Shown here piece by piece: positions 15,001 through 30,000 of a stretch of DNA of 64,000 nucleotides. Origin of the DNA: Balanoglossus misakiensis. Its lineage: Eukaryota; Animalia; Hemichordata. The DNA lies in assembly GCA_040954595.2 (NCBI GenBank), contig CM082595.2:8786317-8850316 (forward strand), in the 5' to 3' direction. Below the pieces are notes generated by a model that saw only the letters and a program-made list of their open reading frames with translations, was not told the DNA's origin and ran no database searches. Every line of letters begins with the position of its first letter. The first letter of the stretch is position 1. Made by a program: the position numbers and the translations under genes.

Positions 15001-18000
15001 AAATGACACATTTTCGACTTTGCAAAATCTCAAAATTTCGTCAATTTTTGAAAAAATCATGGGTGAAAATCATCAAAAAATGACAAATTTTGAAAAAAAC
15101 GGGTGAAAATCATCAAAAACGACAAATTTTCGTCTTTGCAAAATCTCAAATTTTCGTCGATTTTTGAAAAAAAATCATGGGTGAAAATCATCAAAAAATG
15201 AAAAATTTTCGACTTTGCAAAATCTCAAAATTTCGTCGATTTTTGAAAAAAAATAATGGTTGAAAATCATCAAAAAATGACAAATTTTCGACTTTGCAAA
15301 ATCTCAAAATTTCGTCGATTTTGAAAAAAATCATGGATTCGTCGATTTTTTAAAAACAACATTGGTGAAAATCATCAAAAAATGACAAATTTTCGACTTT
15401 GCAAAATCTCAAAATTTCGTCGATTTAAAAAAAAAAATCATGGATGAAAATCATCAAAAAATGAAAAATTTTCGACTTCGCAAAATCTCAAAATTTTGTC
15501 TTTTTTTGAAAAAAATCATAGGTGAAAATTATCAAAAAATGACAAATTTTCGACTTTGCAAAAGCTCAAAATTTCGTCAATTTTTGAAAAAAAATCATGG
15601 GTGAAAATCATCAAAAAATGACAAAATTTTCAACTTTGCAAAATCTCATAATTTCGTCGATTTTTGAAAAAAAATCATGGGTGAAAATCATCAAAAAATG
15701 ACAAAATTTTCGACTTTGTAAAATCACACAATTTCGTCGATTTTGAAAAAAATCATAGGTTCGTCGATTTTTAAAAAACAACATTGGTGAAAATCATCAA
15801 AAAAGACAAATTTTTTACTTTGCAAAATCTCACAATTTCGTCGATTTTTGAAAAAAATAATGGTTGAAAATCATCAAAAAATGACAAATTTTCGACTTTG
15901 CAAAATCTCAAAATTTCGTCAATTTTTGAAAAAATCATGGGTGAAAATCATCAAAAAATGACAAATTTTGAAAAAAACGGGCGAAAATCATCAAAAAATG
16001 ACACATTTTCGACTTTGCAAAATCTCAAAATTTCGTCAATTTTTGAAAAAATCATGGGTGAAAATCATCAAAAAATGACACATTTTCGACTTTGCAAAAT
16101 CTCAAAATTTCGTCAATTTTTGAAAAAATCATGGGTGAAAATCATCAAAAAATGACAAATTTTGAAAAAAACGGGTGAAAATCATCAAAAACGACAAATT
16201 TTCGTCTTTGCAAAATCTCAAATTTTCGTCGATTTTTGAAAAAAAATCATGGGTGAAAATCATCAAAAAATGAAAAATTTTCGACTTTGCAAAATCTCAA
16301 AATTTCGTCGATTTTTGAAAAAAAATAATGGTTGAAAATCATCAAAAAATGACAAATTTTCGACTTTGCAAAATCTCAAAATTTCGTCGATTTTGAAAAA
16401 AATCATGGGTTCGTCGATTTTTTAAAAACAACATTGGTGAAAATCATCAAAAAATGACAAATTTTCGACATTGCAAAATCTCAAAATTTCGTCGATTTTA
16501 AAAAAAAAATCATGGATGAAAATCATCAAAAAATGAAAAATTTTCGACTTCGCAAAATCTCAAAATTTTGTCTTTTTTTGAAAAAAATCATAGGTGAAAA
16601 TTATCAAAAAATGACAAATTTTCGACTTTGCAAAAGCTCAAAATTTCGTCCATTTTTGAAAAAAAATCATGGGTGAAAATCATCAAAAAATGACAAAATT
16701 TTCAACTTTGCAAAATCTCATAATTTCGTCGATTTTTGAAAAAAAATCATGGGTGAAAATCATCAAAAAATGACAAAATTTTCGACTTTGTAAAATCACA
16801 AAATTTCGTCTATTTTGAAAAAAATCATTGATGAAAATCATCAAAAAATGACAAATTTTCGACTTTGCAAAATCTCAAAATTTTGTCGATTTTTGAAAAA
16901 AATCATAGGTGAAAATCATCAAAAATGACAAATTTTCGTCTTTGCAAAATCTCAAATTTTCGTCGATTTTTGAAAAAAAATCATGGGTGAAAATCATCAA
17001 AAAATGAAAAATTTTCGACTTTGCAAAATCTCAAAATTTCGTCAATTTTTGAAAAAATCATGGGTGAAAATCATCAAAAAATGACAAATTTTTGACTGCA
17101 AAATCTCAAAATTTCGTTGATTTTTGAAAAAAATAATGGTTGAAAATCATCAAAAAATGACAAATTTTCGACTTTGCAAAATCTCAAAATTTCGTCGATT
17201 TTGAAAAAAATCATGGGTTCGTCGATTTTTTAAAAACAACATTGGTGAATATCATCAAAAACTGACAAATTTTTGACTTTGCAAAATCTCACAATTTCGT
17301 CGATTTTTGAAAAAAATCATGGTTGAAAATCATCAAAAAATGACAAATTTTCGACTTTGCAAAATCTCAAAATTTCGTCAATTTTTGAAAAAATCATGGG
17401 TTCGTCGATTTTTTAAAAACAACATTGGTGAAAATCATCAAAAAATGACAAATTTTTGACTTCGCAAAATCTCACAATTTCGTCGATTTTTGAAAAAAAT
17501 AATGGTTGAAAATCATCAAAAAATGACATATTTTCGACTTTGCAAAATCTCAAAATTTCGTCAATTTTTGAAAAAATCATGGGTGAAAATCATCAAAAAA
17601 TGACACATTTTCGACTTTGCAAAATCTCAAAATTTCGTCAATTTTTGAAAAAATCATGGGTGAAAATCATCAAAAAATGACAAAAATTTTCGACTTTGCA
17701 AAATCTCAAAATTTCGTCGATTTTGAAAAAAATCATAGGTTCGTCGATTTTTTAAAAAAAAACATGGGTGAAAATCATCAAAAAATGACAAATTTTTGAC
17801 TTTGCAAAATCTCACAATTTCGTCGATTTTTGAAAAAAATCATGGGTGAAAATCATCAAAAAATGACAAATTTTCGACTTTGCAAAATCTCAAAATTTCG
17901 TCAATTTTTGAAAAAAATCATGGGTTCGTCGATTTTTTAAAAACAACATTGGTGAAAATCATCAAAAAAGACAAATTTTTGACTTTGCAAAATCTCACAA

Positions 18001-21000
18001 TTTCGTCGATTTTTGAAAAAAATAATGGTTGAAAATCATCAAAAAATGACAAATTTTCGACTTTGCAAAATCTCAAAATTTCGTCAATTTTTGAAAAAAT
18101 CATGGGTGAAAATCATCAAAAAATGACAAATTTTGAAAAAAACGGGCGAAAATCATCAAAAAATGACACATTTTCGACTTTGCAAAATCTCAAAATTTCG
18201 TCAATTTTTGAAAAAATCATGGGTGAAAATCATCAAAAAATGACAAATTTTGAAAAAAACGGGTGAAAATCATCAAAAACGACAAATTTTCGTCTTTGCA
18301 AAATCTCAAATTTTCGTCGATTTTTGAAAAAAAATCATGGGCGAAAATCATCAAAAAATGAAAAATTTTCGACTTTGCAAAATCTCAAAATTTCGTCGAT
18401 TTTGAAAAAAATCATGGGTTCGTCGATTTTTTAAAAACAACATTGGTGAAAATCGTCAAAAAATGACAAATTTTCGACTTTGCAAAATCTCAAATTTTCG
18501 TCGATTTTTGAAAAAAAATCATGGGTGAAAATCATCAAAAAATGAAAAATTTTCGACTTTGCAAAATCTCAAAATTTCGTCGATTTTTGAAAAAAAATAA
18601 TGGTTGAAAATCATCAAAAAATGACAAATTTTCGACTTTGCAAAATCTCAAAATTTCGTCGATTTTGAAAAAAATCATGGGTTCGTCGATTTTTTAAAAA
18701 CAACATTGGTGAAAATCGTCAAAAAATGACAAATTTTCGACTTTGCAAAATCTCAAAATTTCGTCGATTTAAAAAAAAAAATCATGGATGAAAATCATCA
18801 AAAAATGAAAAATTTACGACTTCGTAAAATCTCAAAATTTTGTCTTTTTTTGAAAAAAATCATATGTGAAAATTATCAAAAAATGACAAATTTTCGACTT
18901 TGCAAAAGCTCAAAATTTCGTCCATTTTTGAAAAAAAATCATGGGTGAAAATCATCAAAAAATGACAAAATTTTCAACTTTGCAAAATCTCATAATTTCG
19001 TCGATTTTTGAAAAAAAATCATGGGTGAAAATCATCAAAAAATGACAAAATGTTCGACTTTGTAAAATCACACAATTTCGTCGATTTTGAAAAAAATCAT
19101 AGGTTCGTCGATTTTTAAAAAAAAAACGGGTGAAAATCATCAAAAAACGACAAATTTTCGACTTTGCAAAATCTCAAAATTTCGTCGATTTTTGAAAAAA
19201 ATCATGGGAGAAAATCATCAAAAAATAACAAATTTTCGACTTTGCAAAATCTCAACATTTCGTCGATTTTTGAAAAAAATAATGGGTGAAAATCATCAAA
19301 AAATGACAAATTTTCGACTTTGCAAAATCTCAAAATTTCGTCAATTTTTGAAAAAATCATGGGTGAAAATCATCAAAAAATGACAAAATTTTCGACTTTG
19401 CAAAATCTCATAATTTCATCGATTTTGAAAAAAATCATAGGTTCGTCGATTTTTTAAAAAAAAACATGGGTGAAAATCATCAAAAAATGACAAATTTTTG
19501 ACTTTGCAAAATCTCACAATTTCGTCGATTTTTGAAAAAAATCATGGGTGAAAATCATCAAAAAATGACAAATTTTCGACTTTGCAAAATCTCAAAATTT
19601 CGTCAATTTTTGAAAAAATCATGGGTTCGTCGATTTTTTAAAAACAACATTGGTGAAAATCATCAAAAAAGACAAATTTTTTACTTTGCAAAATCTCACA
19701 ATTTCGTCGATTTTTGAAAAAAATAATGGTTGAAAATCATCAAAAAATGACAAATTTTCGACTTTGCAAAATCTCAAAATTTCGTAAATTTTTGAAAAAA
19801 TCATGGGTGAAAATCATCAAAAAATGACAAATTTTGAAAAAAACGGGTGAAAATCATCAAAAACGACAAATTTTCGTCTTTGCAAAATCTCAAATTTTCG
19901 TCGATTTTTGAAAAAAAATCATGGGTGAAAATCATCAAAAAATGAAAAATTTTCGACTTTGCAAAATCTCAAAATTTCGTCGATTTTTGAAAAAAAATAA
20001 TGGTTGAAAATCATCAAAAAATGACAAATTTTCGACTTTGCAAAATCTCAAAATTTCGTCGATTTTGAAAAAAATCATGGGTTCGTCGATTTTTTAAAAA
20101 CAACATTGGTGAAAATCGTCAAAAAATGACAAATTTTCGACTTTGCAAAATCTCAAAATTTCGTCGATTTAAAAAAAAAATCATGGATGAAAATCATCAA
20201 AAAATGAAAAATTTACGACTTCGTAAAATCTCAAAATTTTGTCTTTTTTTGAAAAAAATCATATGTGAAAATTATCAAAAAATGACAAATTTTCGACTTT
20301 GCAAAAGCTCAAAATTTCGTCCATTTTTGAAAAAAAATCATGGGTGAAAATCATCAAAAAATGACAAAATTTTCAACTTTGCAAAATCTCATAATTTCGT
20401 CGATTTTTGAAAAAAAATCATGGGTGAAAATCATCAAAAAATGACAAAATTTTCGACTTTGTAAAATCACACAATTTCGTCGATTTTGAAAAAAATCATA
20501 GGTTCGTCGATTTTTAAAAAAAAAACGGGTGAAAATCATCAAAAAACGACAAATTTTCGACTTTGCAAAATCTCAAAATTTCGTCGATTTTTGAAAAAAA
20601 TCATGGGAGAAAATCATCAAAAAATAACAAATTTTCGACTTTGCAAAATCTCAACATTTCGTCGATTTTTGAAAAAAATAATGGGTGAAAATCATCAAAA
20701 AATGACAAATTTTCGACTTTGCAAAATCTCAAAATTTCGTCAATTTTTGAAAAAATCATGGGTGAAAATCATCAAAAAATGACAAAATTTTCGACTTTGC
20801 AAAATCTCATAATTTCGTCGATTTTGAAAAAAATCATAGGTTCGTCGATTTTTTAAAAAAAAACATGGGTGAAAATCATCAAAAAATGACAAATTTTTGA
20901 CTTTGCAAAATCTCACAATTTCGTCGATTTTTGAAAAAAATCATGGGTGAAAATCATCAAAAAATGACAAATTTTCGACTTTGCAAAATCTCAAAATTTC

Positions 21001-24000
21001 GTCAATTTTTGAAAAAATCATGGGTTCGTCGATTTTTTAAAAACAACATTGGTGAAAATCATCAAAAAAGACAAATTTTTTACTTTGCAAAATCTCACAA
21101 TTTCGTCGATTTTTGAAAAAAATAATGGTTGAAAATCATCAAAAAATGACAAATTTTCGACTTTGCAAAATCTCAAAATTTCGTCAATTTTTGAAAAAAT
21201 CATGGGTGAAAATCATCAAAAAATGACAAATTTTGAAAAAAACGGGCGAAAATCATCAAAAAATGACACATTTTCGACTTTGCAAAATCTCAAAATTTCG
21301 TCAATTTTTGAAAAAATCATGGGTGAAAATCATCAAAAAATGACAAATTTTGAAAAAAACGGGTGAAAATCATCAAAAACGACAAATTTTCGTCTTTGCA
21401 AAATCTCAAATTTTCGTCGATTTTTGAAAAAAAATCATGGGTGAAAATCATCAAAAAATGAAAAATTTTCGACTTTGCAAAATCTCAAAATTTCGTCGAT
21501 TTTTGAAAAAAAATAATGGTTGAAAATCATCAAAAAATGACAAATTTTCGACTTTGCAAAATCTCAAAATTTCGTTGATTTTGAAAAAAATCATGGGTTC
21601 GTCGATTTTTTAAAAACAACATTGGTGAAAATCATCAAAAAATGACAAATTTTCGACTTTGCAAAATCTCAAAATTTCGTCGATTTTAAAAAAAAAATCA
21701 TGGATGAAAATCATCAAAAAATGAAAAATTTTCGACTTCGCAAAATCTCAAAATTTTGTCTTTTTTTGAAAAAAATCATAGGTGAAAATTATCAAAAAAT
21801 GACAAATTTTCGACTTTGCAAAAGCTCAAAATTTCGTCCATTTTTGAAAAAAAATCATGGGTGAAAATCATCAAAAAATGACAAAATTTTCAACTTTGCA
21901 AAATCTCATAATTTCGTCGATTTTTGAAAAAAAATCATGGGTGAAAATCATCAAAAAATGACAAAATTTTCGACTTTGTAAAATAACACAATTTCGTCGA
22001 TTTTGAAAAAAATCATAGGTTCGTCGATTTTTTAAAAAAAAACATGGGTGAAAATCATCAAAAAACGACAAATTTTCGACTTTGCAAAATCTCAAAATTT
22101 CGTCGATTTTTGAAAAAAATCATGGGAGAAAATCATCAAAAAATGACAAATTTTCGACTTTGCAAAATCTCAACATTTCGTCGATTTTTGAAAAAAATAA
22201 TGGGTGAAAATCATCAAAAAATGACAAATTTTCGACTTTGCAAAATCTCAAAATTTCGTCAATTTTTGAAAAAATCATGGGTGAAAATCATCAAAAAATG
22301 ACAAAATTTTCGACTTTGCAAAATCTCATAATTTCGTCGATTTTGAAAAAAATCATAGGTTCGTCGATTTTTTAAAAAAAAACATGGGTGAAAATCATCA
22401 AAAAATGACAAATTTTTGACTTTGCAAAATCTCACAATTTCGTCGATTTTTGAAAAAAATCATGGGTGAAAATCATCAAAAAATGACAAATTTTCGACTT
22501 TGCAAAATCTCAAAATTTCGTCAATTTTTGAAAAAATCATGGGTTCGTCGATTTTTTAAAAACAACATTGGTGAAAATCATCAAAAAAGACAAATTTTTT
22601 ACTTTGCAAAATCTCACAATTTCGTCGATTTTTGAAAAAAATAATGGTTGAAAATCATCAAAAAATGACAAATTTTCGACTTTGCAAAATCTCAAAATTT
22701 CGTCAATTTTTGAAAAAATCATGGGTGAAAATCATCAAAAAATGACAAATTTTGAAAAAAACGGGCGAAAATCATCAAAAAATGACACATTTTCGACTTT
22801 GCAAAATCTCAAAATTTCGTCAATTTTTGAAAAAATCATGGGTGAAAATCATCAAAAAATGACAAATTTTGAAAAAAACGGGTGAAAATCATCAAAAACG
22901 ACAAATTTTCGTCTTTGCAAAATCTCAAATTTTCGTCTATTTTTATAAAAAAAATCATGGGTGAAAATCATCAAAAAATGAAAAATTTTCGACTTTGCAA
23001 AATCTCAAAATTTCGTCGATTTTTGAAAAAAAATAATGGTTGAAAATCATCAAAAAATGACAAATTTTCGACTTTGCAAAAACTCAAAATTTCGTCGATT
23101 TTGAAAAAAATCATGGGTTCGTCGATTTTTTAAAAACAACATTGGTGAAAATCATCAAAAAATGACAAATTTTCGACTTTGCAAAATCTCAAAATTTCGT
23201 CGATTTTAAAAAAAAAATCATGGATGAAAATCATCAAAAAATGAAAAATTTTCGACTTCGCAAAATCTCAAAATTTTGTCTTTTTTTGAAAAAAATCATA
23301 GGTGAAAATTATCAAAAAATGACAAATTTTCGACTTTGCAAAAGCTCAAAATTTCGTCCATTTTTGAAAAAAAATCATGGGTGAAAATCATCAAAAAATG
23401 ACAAAATTTTCAACTTTGCAAAATCTCATAATTTCGTCGATTTTTGAAAAAAAATCATGGGTGAAAATCATCAAAAAATGACAAAATTTTCGACTTTGTA
23501 AAATCACAAAATTTCGTCGATTTCGAAAAAAATCATAGGTTCGTCGATTTTAAAAAAAAAAACATGGGTGAAAATCATCAAAAAATGACAAATTTTCGAC
23601 TTTGCAAAATCTCACAATTTCGTCGATTTTTGAAAAAAATCATGGGAGAAAATCATCAAAAAATGACAAATTTTCGACTTTGCAAAATCTCAACATTTCG
23701 TCGATTTTTGAAAAAAATAATGGGTGAAAATCATCAAAAAATGACAAATTTTCGACTTTGCAAAATCTCAAAATTTCGTCAATTTTTGAAAAAATCATGG
23801 GTGAAAATCATCAAAAAATGACAAAATTTTCGACTTTGCAAAATCTCATAATTTCGTCGATTTTGAAAAAAATCATAGGTTCGTCGATTTTTTAAAAAAA
23901 AACATGGGTGAAAATCATCAAAAAATGACAAATTTTTTACTTTGCAAAATCTCAAAATTTCGTCAATTTTTGAAAAAATCATGGGTTCGTCGATTTTTTA

Positions 24001-27000
24001 AAAACAACATTGGTGAAAATCATCAAAAAAGACAAATTTTTTACTTTGCAAAATCTCACAATTTCGTCGATTTTTGAAAAAAATAATGGTTGAAAATCAT
24101 CAAAAAATGACAAATTTTCGACTTTGCAAAATCTCAAAATTTCGTCAATTTTTGAAAAAATCATGGGTGAAAATCATCAAAAAATGACAAATTTTGAAAA
24201 AAACGGGCGAAAATCATCAAAAAATGACACATTTTCGACTTTGCAAAATCTCAAAATTTCGTCAATTTTTGAAAAAATCATGGGTGAAAATCATCAAAAA
24301 ATGACAAATTTTGAAAAAAACGGGTGAAAATCATCAAAAACGACAAATTTTCGTCTTTGCAAAATCTCAAATTTTCGTCTATTTTTATAAAAAAAATCAT
24401 GGGTGAAAATCATCAAAAAATGAAAAATTTTCGACTTTGCAAAATCTCAAAATTTCGTCGATTTTTGAAAAAAAATAATGGTTGAAAATCATCAAAAAAT
24501 GACAAATTTTCGACTTTGCAAAAACTCAAAATTTCGTCGATTTTGAAAAAAATCATGGGTTCGTCGATTTTTTAAAAACAACATTGGTGAAAATCATCAA
24601 AAAATGACAAATTTTCGACTTTGCAAAATCTCAAAATTTCGTCGATTTTAAAAAAAAAATCATGGATGAAAATCATCAAAAAATGAAAAATTTTCGACTT
24701 CGCAAAATCTCAAAATTTTGTCTTTTTTTGAAAAAAATCATAGGTGAAAATTATCAAAAAATGACAAATTTTCGACTTTGCAAAAGCTCAAAATTTCGTC
24801 CATTTTTGAAAAAAAATCATGGGTGAAAATCATCAAAAAATGACAAAATTTTCAACTTTGCAAAATCTCATAATTTCGTCGATTTTTGAAAAAAAATCAT
24901 GGGTGAAAATCATCAAAAAATGACAAAATTTTCGACTTTGTAAAATCACAAAATTTCGTCGATTTCGAAAAAAATCATAGGTTCGTCGATTTTAAAAAAA
25001 AAAACATGGGTGAAAATCATCAAAAAATGACAAATTTTCGACTTTGCAAAATCTCACAATTTCGTCGATTTTTGAAAAAAATCATGGGAGAAAATCATCA
25101 AAAAATGACAAATTTTCGACTTTGCAAAATCTCAACATTTCGTCGATTTTTGAAAAAAATAATGGGTGAAAATCATCAAAAAATGACAAATTTTCGACTT
25201 TGCAAAATCTCAAAATTTCGTCAATTTTTGAAAAAATCATGGGTGAAAATCATCAAAAAATGACAAAATTTTCGACTTTGCAAAATCTCATAATTTCGTC
25301 GATTTTGAAAAAAATCATAGGTTCGTCGATTTTTTAAAAAAAAACATGGGTGAAAATCATCAAAAAATGACAAATTTTTTACTTTGCAAAATCTCAAAAT
25401 TTCGTCAATTTTTGAAAAAATCATGGGTTCGTCGATTTTTTAAAAACAACATTGGTGAAAATCATCAAAAAATGACAAATTTTTGACTTTGCAAAATCTC
25501 AAAATTTCGTCAATTTTTGAAAAAATCATGGGTGAAAATCATCAAAAAATGACAAATTTTGAAAAAAACGGGTGAAAATCATCAAAAAATGACACATTTT
25601 CGACTTTGCAAAATCTCAAAATTTCGTCAATTTTTGAAAAAATCATGGGTGAAAATCATCAAAAAATGACAAATTTTGAAAAAAAACGGGTGAAAATCGT
25701 CAAAAAATGACACATTTTCGACTTTGCAAAATCTCAAAATTTCGTCAATTTTTGAAAAAATCATGGGTGAAAATCATCAAAAAATGACAAAATTTTCGAC
25801 TTTGTAAAATCACAAAATTTCGTCGATTTTGAAAAAAATCATAGGTTCGTCGATTTTTAAAAAAAAAACATGGGTGAAAATCATCAAAAAATGACAAATT
25901 TTTGACTTTGCAAAATCTCACAATTTCGTCGATTTTTGAAAAAAATCATGGGTGAAAATCATCAAAAAATGTCAAATTTTCGACTTTGCAAAATCTCAAA
26001 ATTTCGTCAATTTTTGAAAAAATCATGGGTTCGTCGATTTTTTAAAAACAACATGGGTGAAAATCATCAAAAAATGTCAAATTTTCGACTTTGCAAAATC
26101 TCAAAATTTCGTCAATTTTTGAAAAAATCATGGGTTCGTCGATTTTTTAAAAACAACATTGGTGAAAATCATCAAAAAATGACAAATTTTTGACTTTGCA
26201 AAATCTCACAATTTCGTCGATTTTTGAAAAAAATAATGGTTGAAAATCATCAAAAAATGACAAATTTCCGACTTTGCAAAATCTCAAAATTTCGTCAATT
26301 TTTGAAAAAATCATGGGTGAAAATCATCAAAAAATGACAAATTTTGAAAAAAACGGGTGAAAATCATCAAAAAATGACACATTTTCGACTTTGCAAAATC
26401 TCAAAATTTCGTCAATTTTTGAAAAAATCATGGGTGAAAATCATCAAAAAATGACAAAATTTTCAACTTTGCAAAATCTCAAAATTTCGTCGATTTTTGA
26501 AAAAAAATCATGGTTGAAAATCATCAAAAAATGACAAGATTTTCGAGTTTGCAAAATCACACAATTTCGTCGATTTTGAAAAAAATCATAGGTTCGTCGA
26601 TTTTTAAAAAAAAAACATGGGTGAAAATCATCAAAAAATGACAAATTTTCGACTTTGCAAAATCACAAAATTTCGTCGATTTCGAAAAAAAATAATGGTT
26701 GAAAATCATCAAAAAATGACAAATTTTTGACTTTGCAAAATCTCAAAATTTCGTCGATTTTGAAAAAAATCATGGGTTCGTCGATTTTTTAAAAACAACA
26801 TTGGTGAAAATCATCAAAAAATGACAAATTTTCGACTTTTCAAAATCTCAAAATTTTGTCTTTTTTTGAAAAAAATCATAGGTGAAAATTATCAAAAAAT
26901 GACAAATTTTCGACTTTGCAAAATCTCAAAATTTCGTCGATTTTTGAAAAAAAATAATGGTTGAAAATCATCAAAAATGACAAATTTTCGACTTTGCAAA

Positions 27001-30000
27001 ATCTCAAAATTTCGTCGATTTTGAAAAAAATCATGGGTTCGTCGATTTTTTAAAAACAACATTGGTGAAAATCATCAAAAAATGACAAATTTTCGACTTT
27101 GCAAAATCTCAAAATATCGTCAATTTTTAAAAAAAAATCATGGATGAAAATCATCAAAAAATGACAAATTTTCGACTTTGCAAAATCTCAAAATTTCATC
27201 AATTTTTGAAAAAATCATGGGTGAAAATCATCAAAAAATGACAAAATTTTCAACTTTGCAAAATCTCAAAATTTCGTCGATTTTAAAAAAAAAATCATGG
27301 ATGAAAATCATCAAAAAATGAAAAATTTTCGACTTCGCAAAATCTCAAAATTTTGTCTTTTTTTGAAAAAAATCATAGGTGAAAATCATCAAAAAATGAC
27401 AAATTTTCGACTTCGCAAAAGCTCAAAATTTCGTCCATTTTTGAAAAAAAATCATGGGTGAAAATCATCAAAAAATGACAAATTTTCGACTTTGCAAAAT
27501 CTCAAAATTTCGTCGATTTTGAAAAAAATCATAGGTTCGTCGATTTTTAAAAAAAAAACATGGGTGAAAATCATCAAAAAATGACAAATTTTCGACTTTG
27601 CAAAATCTCAAAATTTCGTCGATTTTTGAAAAAAATCATGGGGGAAAATCATCAAAAAATGACAAATTTTCGACTTTGCAAAATCTCAAATTTCGTCGAT
27701 TTTTGAAAAAAAATCATGGAGGAAAATCATTAAAAATGACAAATTTACGACTGAAAAATCTCAAAATTTCGTCGATTTGTGAAAAAAAATCATGGGTGAA
27801 AATCATCAAAAAATGACAAATTTTCGACTTTGCAAAATCTCAAAATTTCGTCGATTTTTGAAAAAAAATAATGGTTGAAAATCATCAAAAAATGACAAAT
27901 TTTCGACTTTGCAAAATCTCAAAATTTCGTCGATTTTGAAAAAAATCATGGGTTCGTCGATTTTTTAAAAACAACATTGGTGAAAATCATCAAAAAATGA
28001 CAAATTTTCGACTTTTCAAAATCTCAAAATTTTGTCTTTTTTTGAAAAAAATCATAGGTGAAAATTATCAAAAAATGACAAATTTTCGACTTTGCAAAAT
28101 CTCAAAATTTCGTCGATTTTTGAAAAAAAATAATGGTTGAAAACCATCAAAAATGACAAATTTTCGACTTTGCAAAATCTCAAAATTTCGTCGATTTTGA
28201 AAAAAATCATGGGTTCGTCGATTTTTTAAAAACAACATTGGTGAAAATCATCAAAAAATGACAAATTTTCGACTTTGCAAAATCTCAAAATATCGTCAAT
28301 TTTTAAAAAAAAATCATGGATGAAAATCATCAAAAAATGACAAATTTTCGACTTTGCAAAATCTCAAAATTTCATCAATTTTTGAAAAAATCATGGGTGA
28401 AAATCATCAAAAAATGACAAAATTTTCAACTTTGCAAAATCTCAAAATTTCGTCGATTTTAAAAAAAAAATCATGGATGAAAATCATCAAAAAATGAAAA
28501 ATTTTCGACTTCGCAAAATCTCAAAATTTTGTCTTTTTTTGAAAAAAATCATAGGTGAAAATCATCAAAAAATGACAAATTTTCGACTTTGCAAAATCTC
28601 AAAATTTCATCAATTTTTGAAAAAATCATGGGTGAAAATCATCAAAAAATGACAAAATTTTCAACTTTGCAAAATCTCAAAATTTCGTCGATTTTTGAAA
28701 AAAAATCATGGTTGAAAATCATCAAAAAATGACAAAATTTTCGAGTTTGCAAAATCACACAATTTCGTCGATTTTGAAAAAAATCATAGGTTCGTCGATT
28801 TTTAAAAAAAAAACATGGGTGAAAATCATCAAAAAATGACAAATTTTCGACTTTGCAAAATCTCAAAATTTCGTCGATTTTTGAAAAAAATCATGGGGGA
28901 AAATCATCAAAAAATGACAAATTTTCGACTTTGCAAAATCTCAAATTTCGTCGATTTTTGAAAAAAAATCATGGAGGAAAATCATTAAAAATGACAAATT
29001 TACGACTGAAAAATCTCAAAATTTCGTCGATTTGTGAAAAAAAATCATGGGTGAAAATCATCAAAAAATGACAAATTTTCGACTTTGCGAAATCTCAAAA
29101 TTTCGTCGATTTTTGAAAAAAAATAATGGTTGAAAATCATCAAAAAATGACAAATTTTCGACTTTGCAAAATCTCAAAATTTCGTCGATTTTGAAAAAAA
29201 TCATGGGTTCGTCGATTTTTTAAAAACAACATTGGTGAAAATCATCAAAAAATGACAAATTTTCGACTTTTCAAAATCTCAAAATTTTGTCTTTTTTTGA
29301 AAAAAATCATAGGTGAAAATTATCAAAAAATGACAAATTTTCGACTTTGCAAAATCTCAAAATTTCGTCGATTTTTGAAAAAAAATAATGGTTGAAAATC
29401 ATCAAAAATGACAAATTTTCGACTTTGCAAAATCTCAAAATTTCGTCGATTTTGAAAAAAATCATGGGTTCGTCGATTTTTTAAAAACAACATTGGTGAA
29501 AATCATCAAAAAATGACAAATTTTCGACTTTGCAAAATCTCAAAATATCGTCAATTTTTAAAAAAAAATCATGGATGAAAATCATCAAAAAATGACAAAT
29601 TTTCGACTTTGCAAAATCTCAAAATTTCATCAATTTTTGAAAAAATCATGGGTGAAAATCATCAAAAAATGACAAAATTTTCAACTTTGCAAAATCTCAA
29701 AATTTCGTCGATTTTAAAAAAAAAATCATGGATGAAAATCATCAAAAAATGAAAAATTTTCGACTTCGCAAAATCTCAAAATTTTGTCTTTTTTTGAAAA
29801 AAATCATAGGTGAAAATCATCAAAAAATGACAAATTTTCGACTTCGCAAAAGCTCAAAATTTCGTCCATTTTTGAAAAAAAATCATGGGTGAAAATCATC
29901 AAAAAATGACAAATTTTCGACTTTGCAAAATCTCAAAATTTCATCAATTTTTGAAAAAATCATGGGTGAAAATCATCAAAAAATGACAAAATTTTCAACT

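Noticed and set aside
19100-19135. CENP-B box-like TTCG...CGGG in satellite variants
   Set aside because: The spacing is far longer than in the 17-bp TTCGNNNNANNCGGG box.
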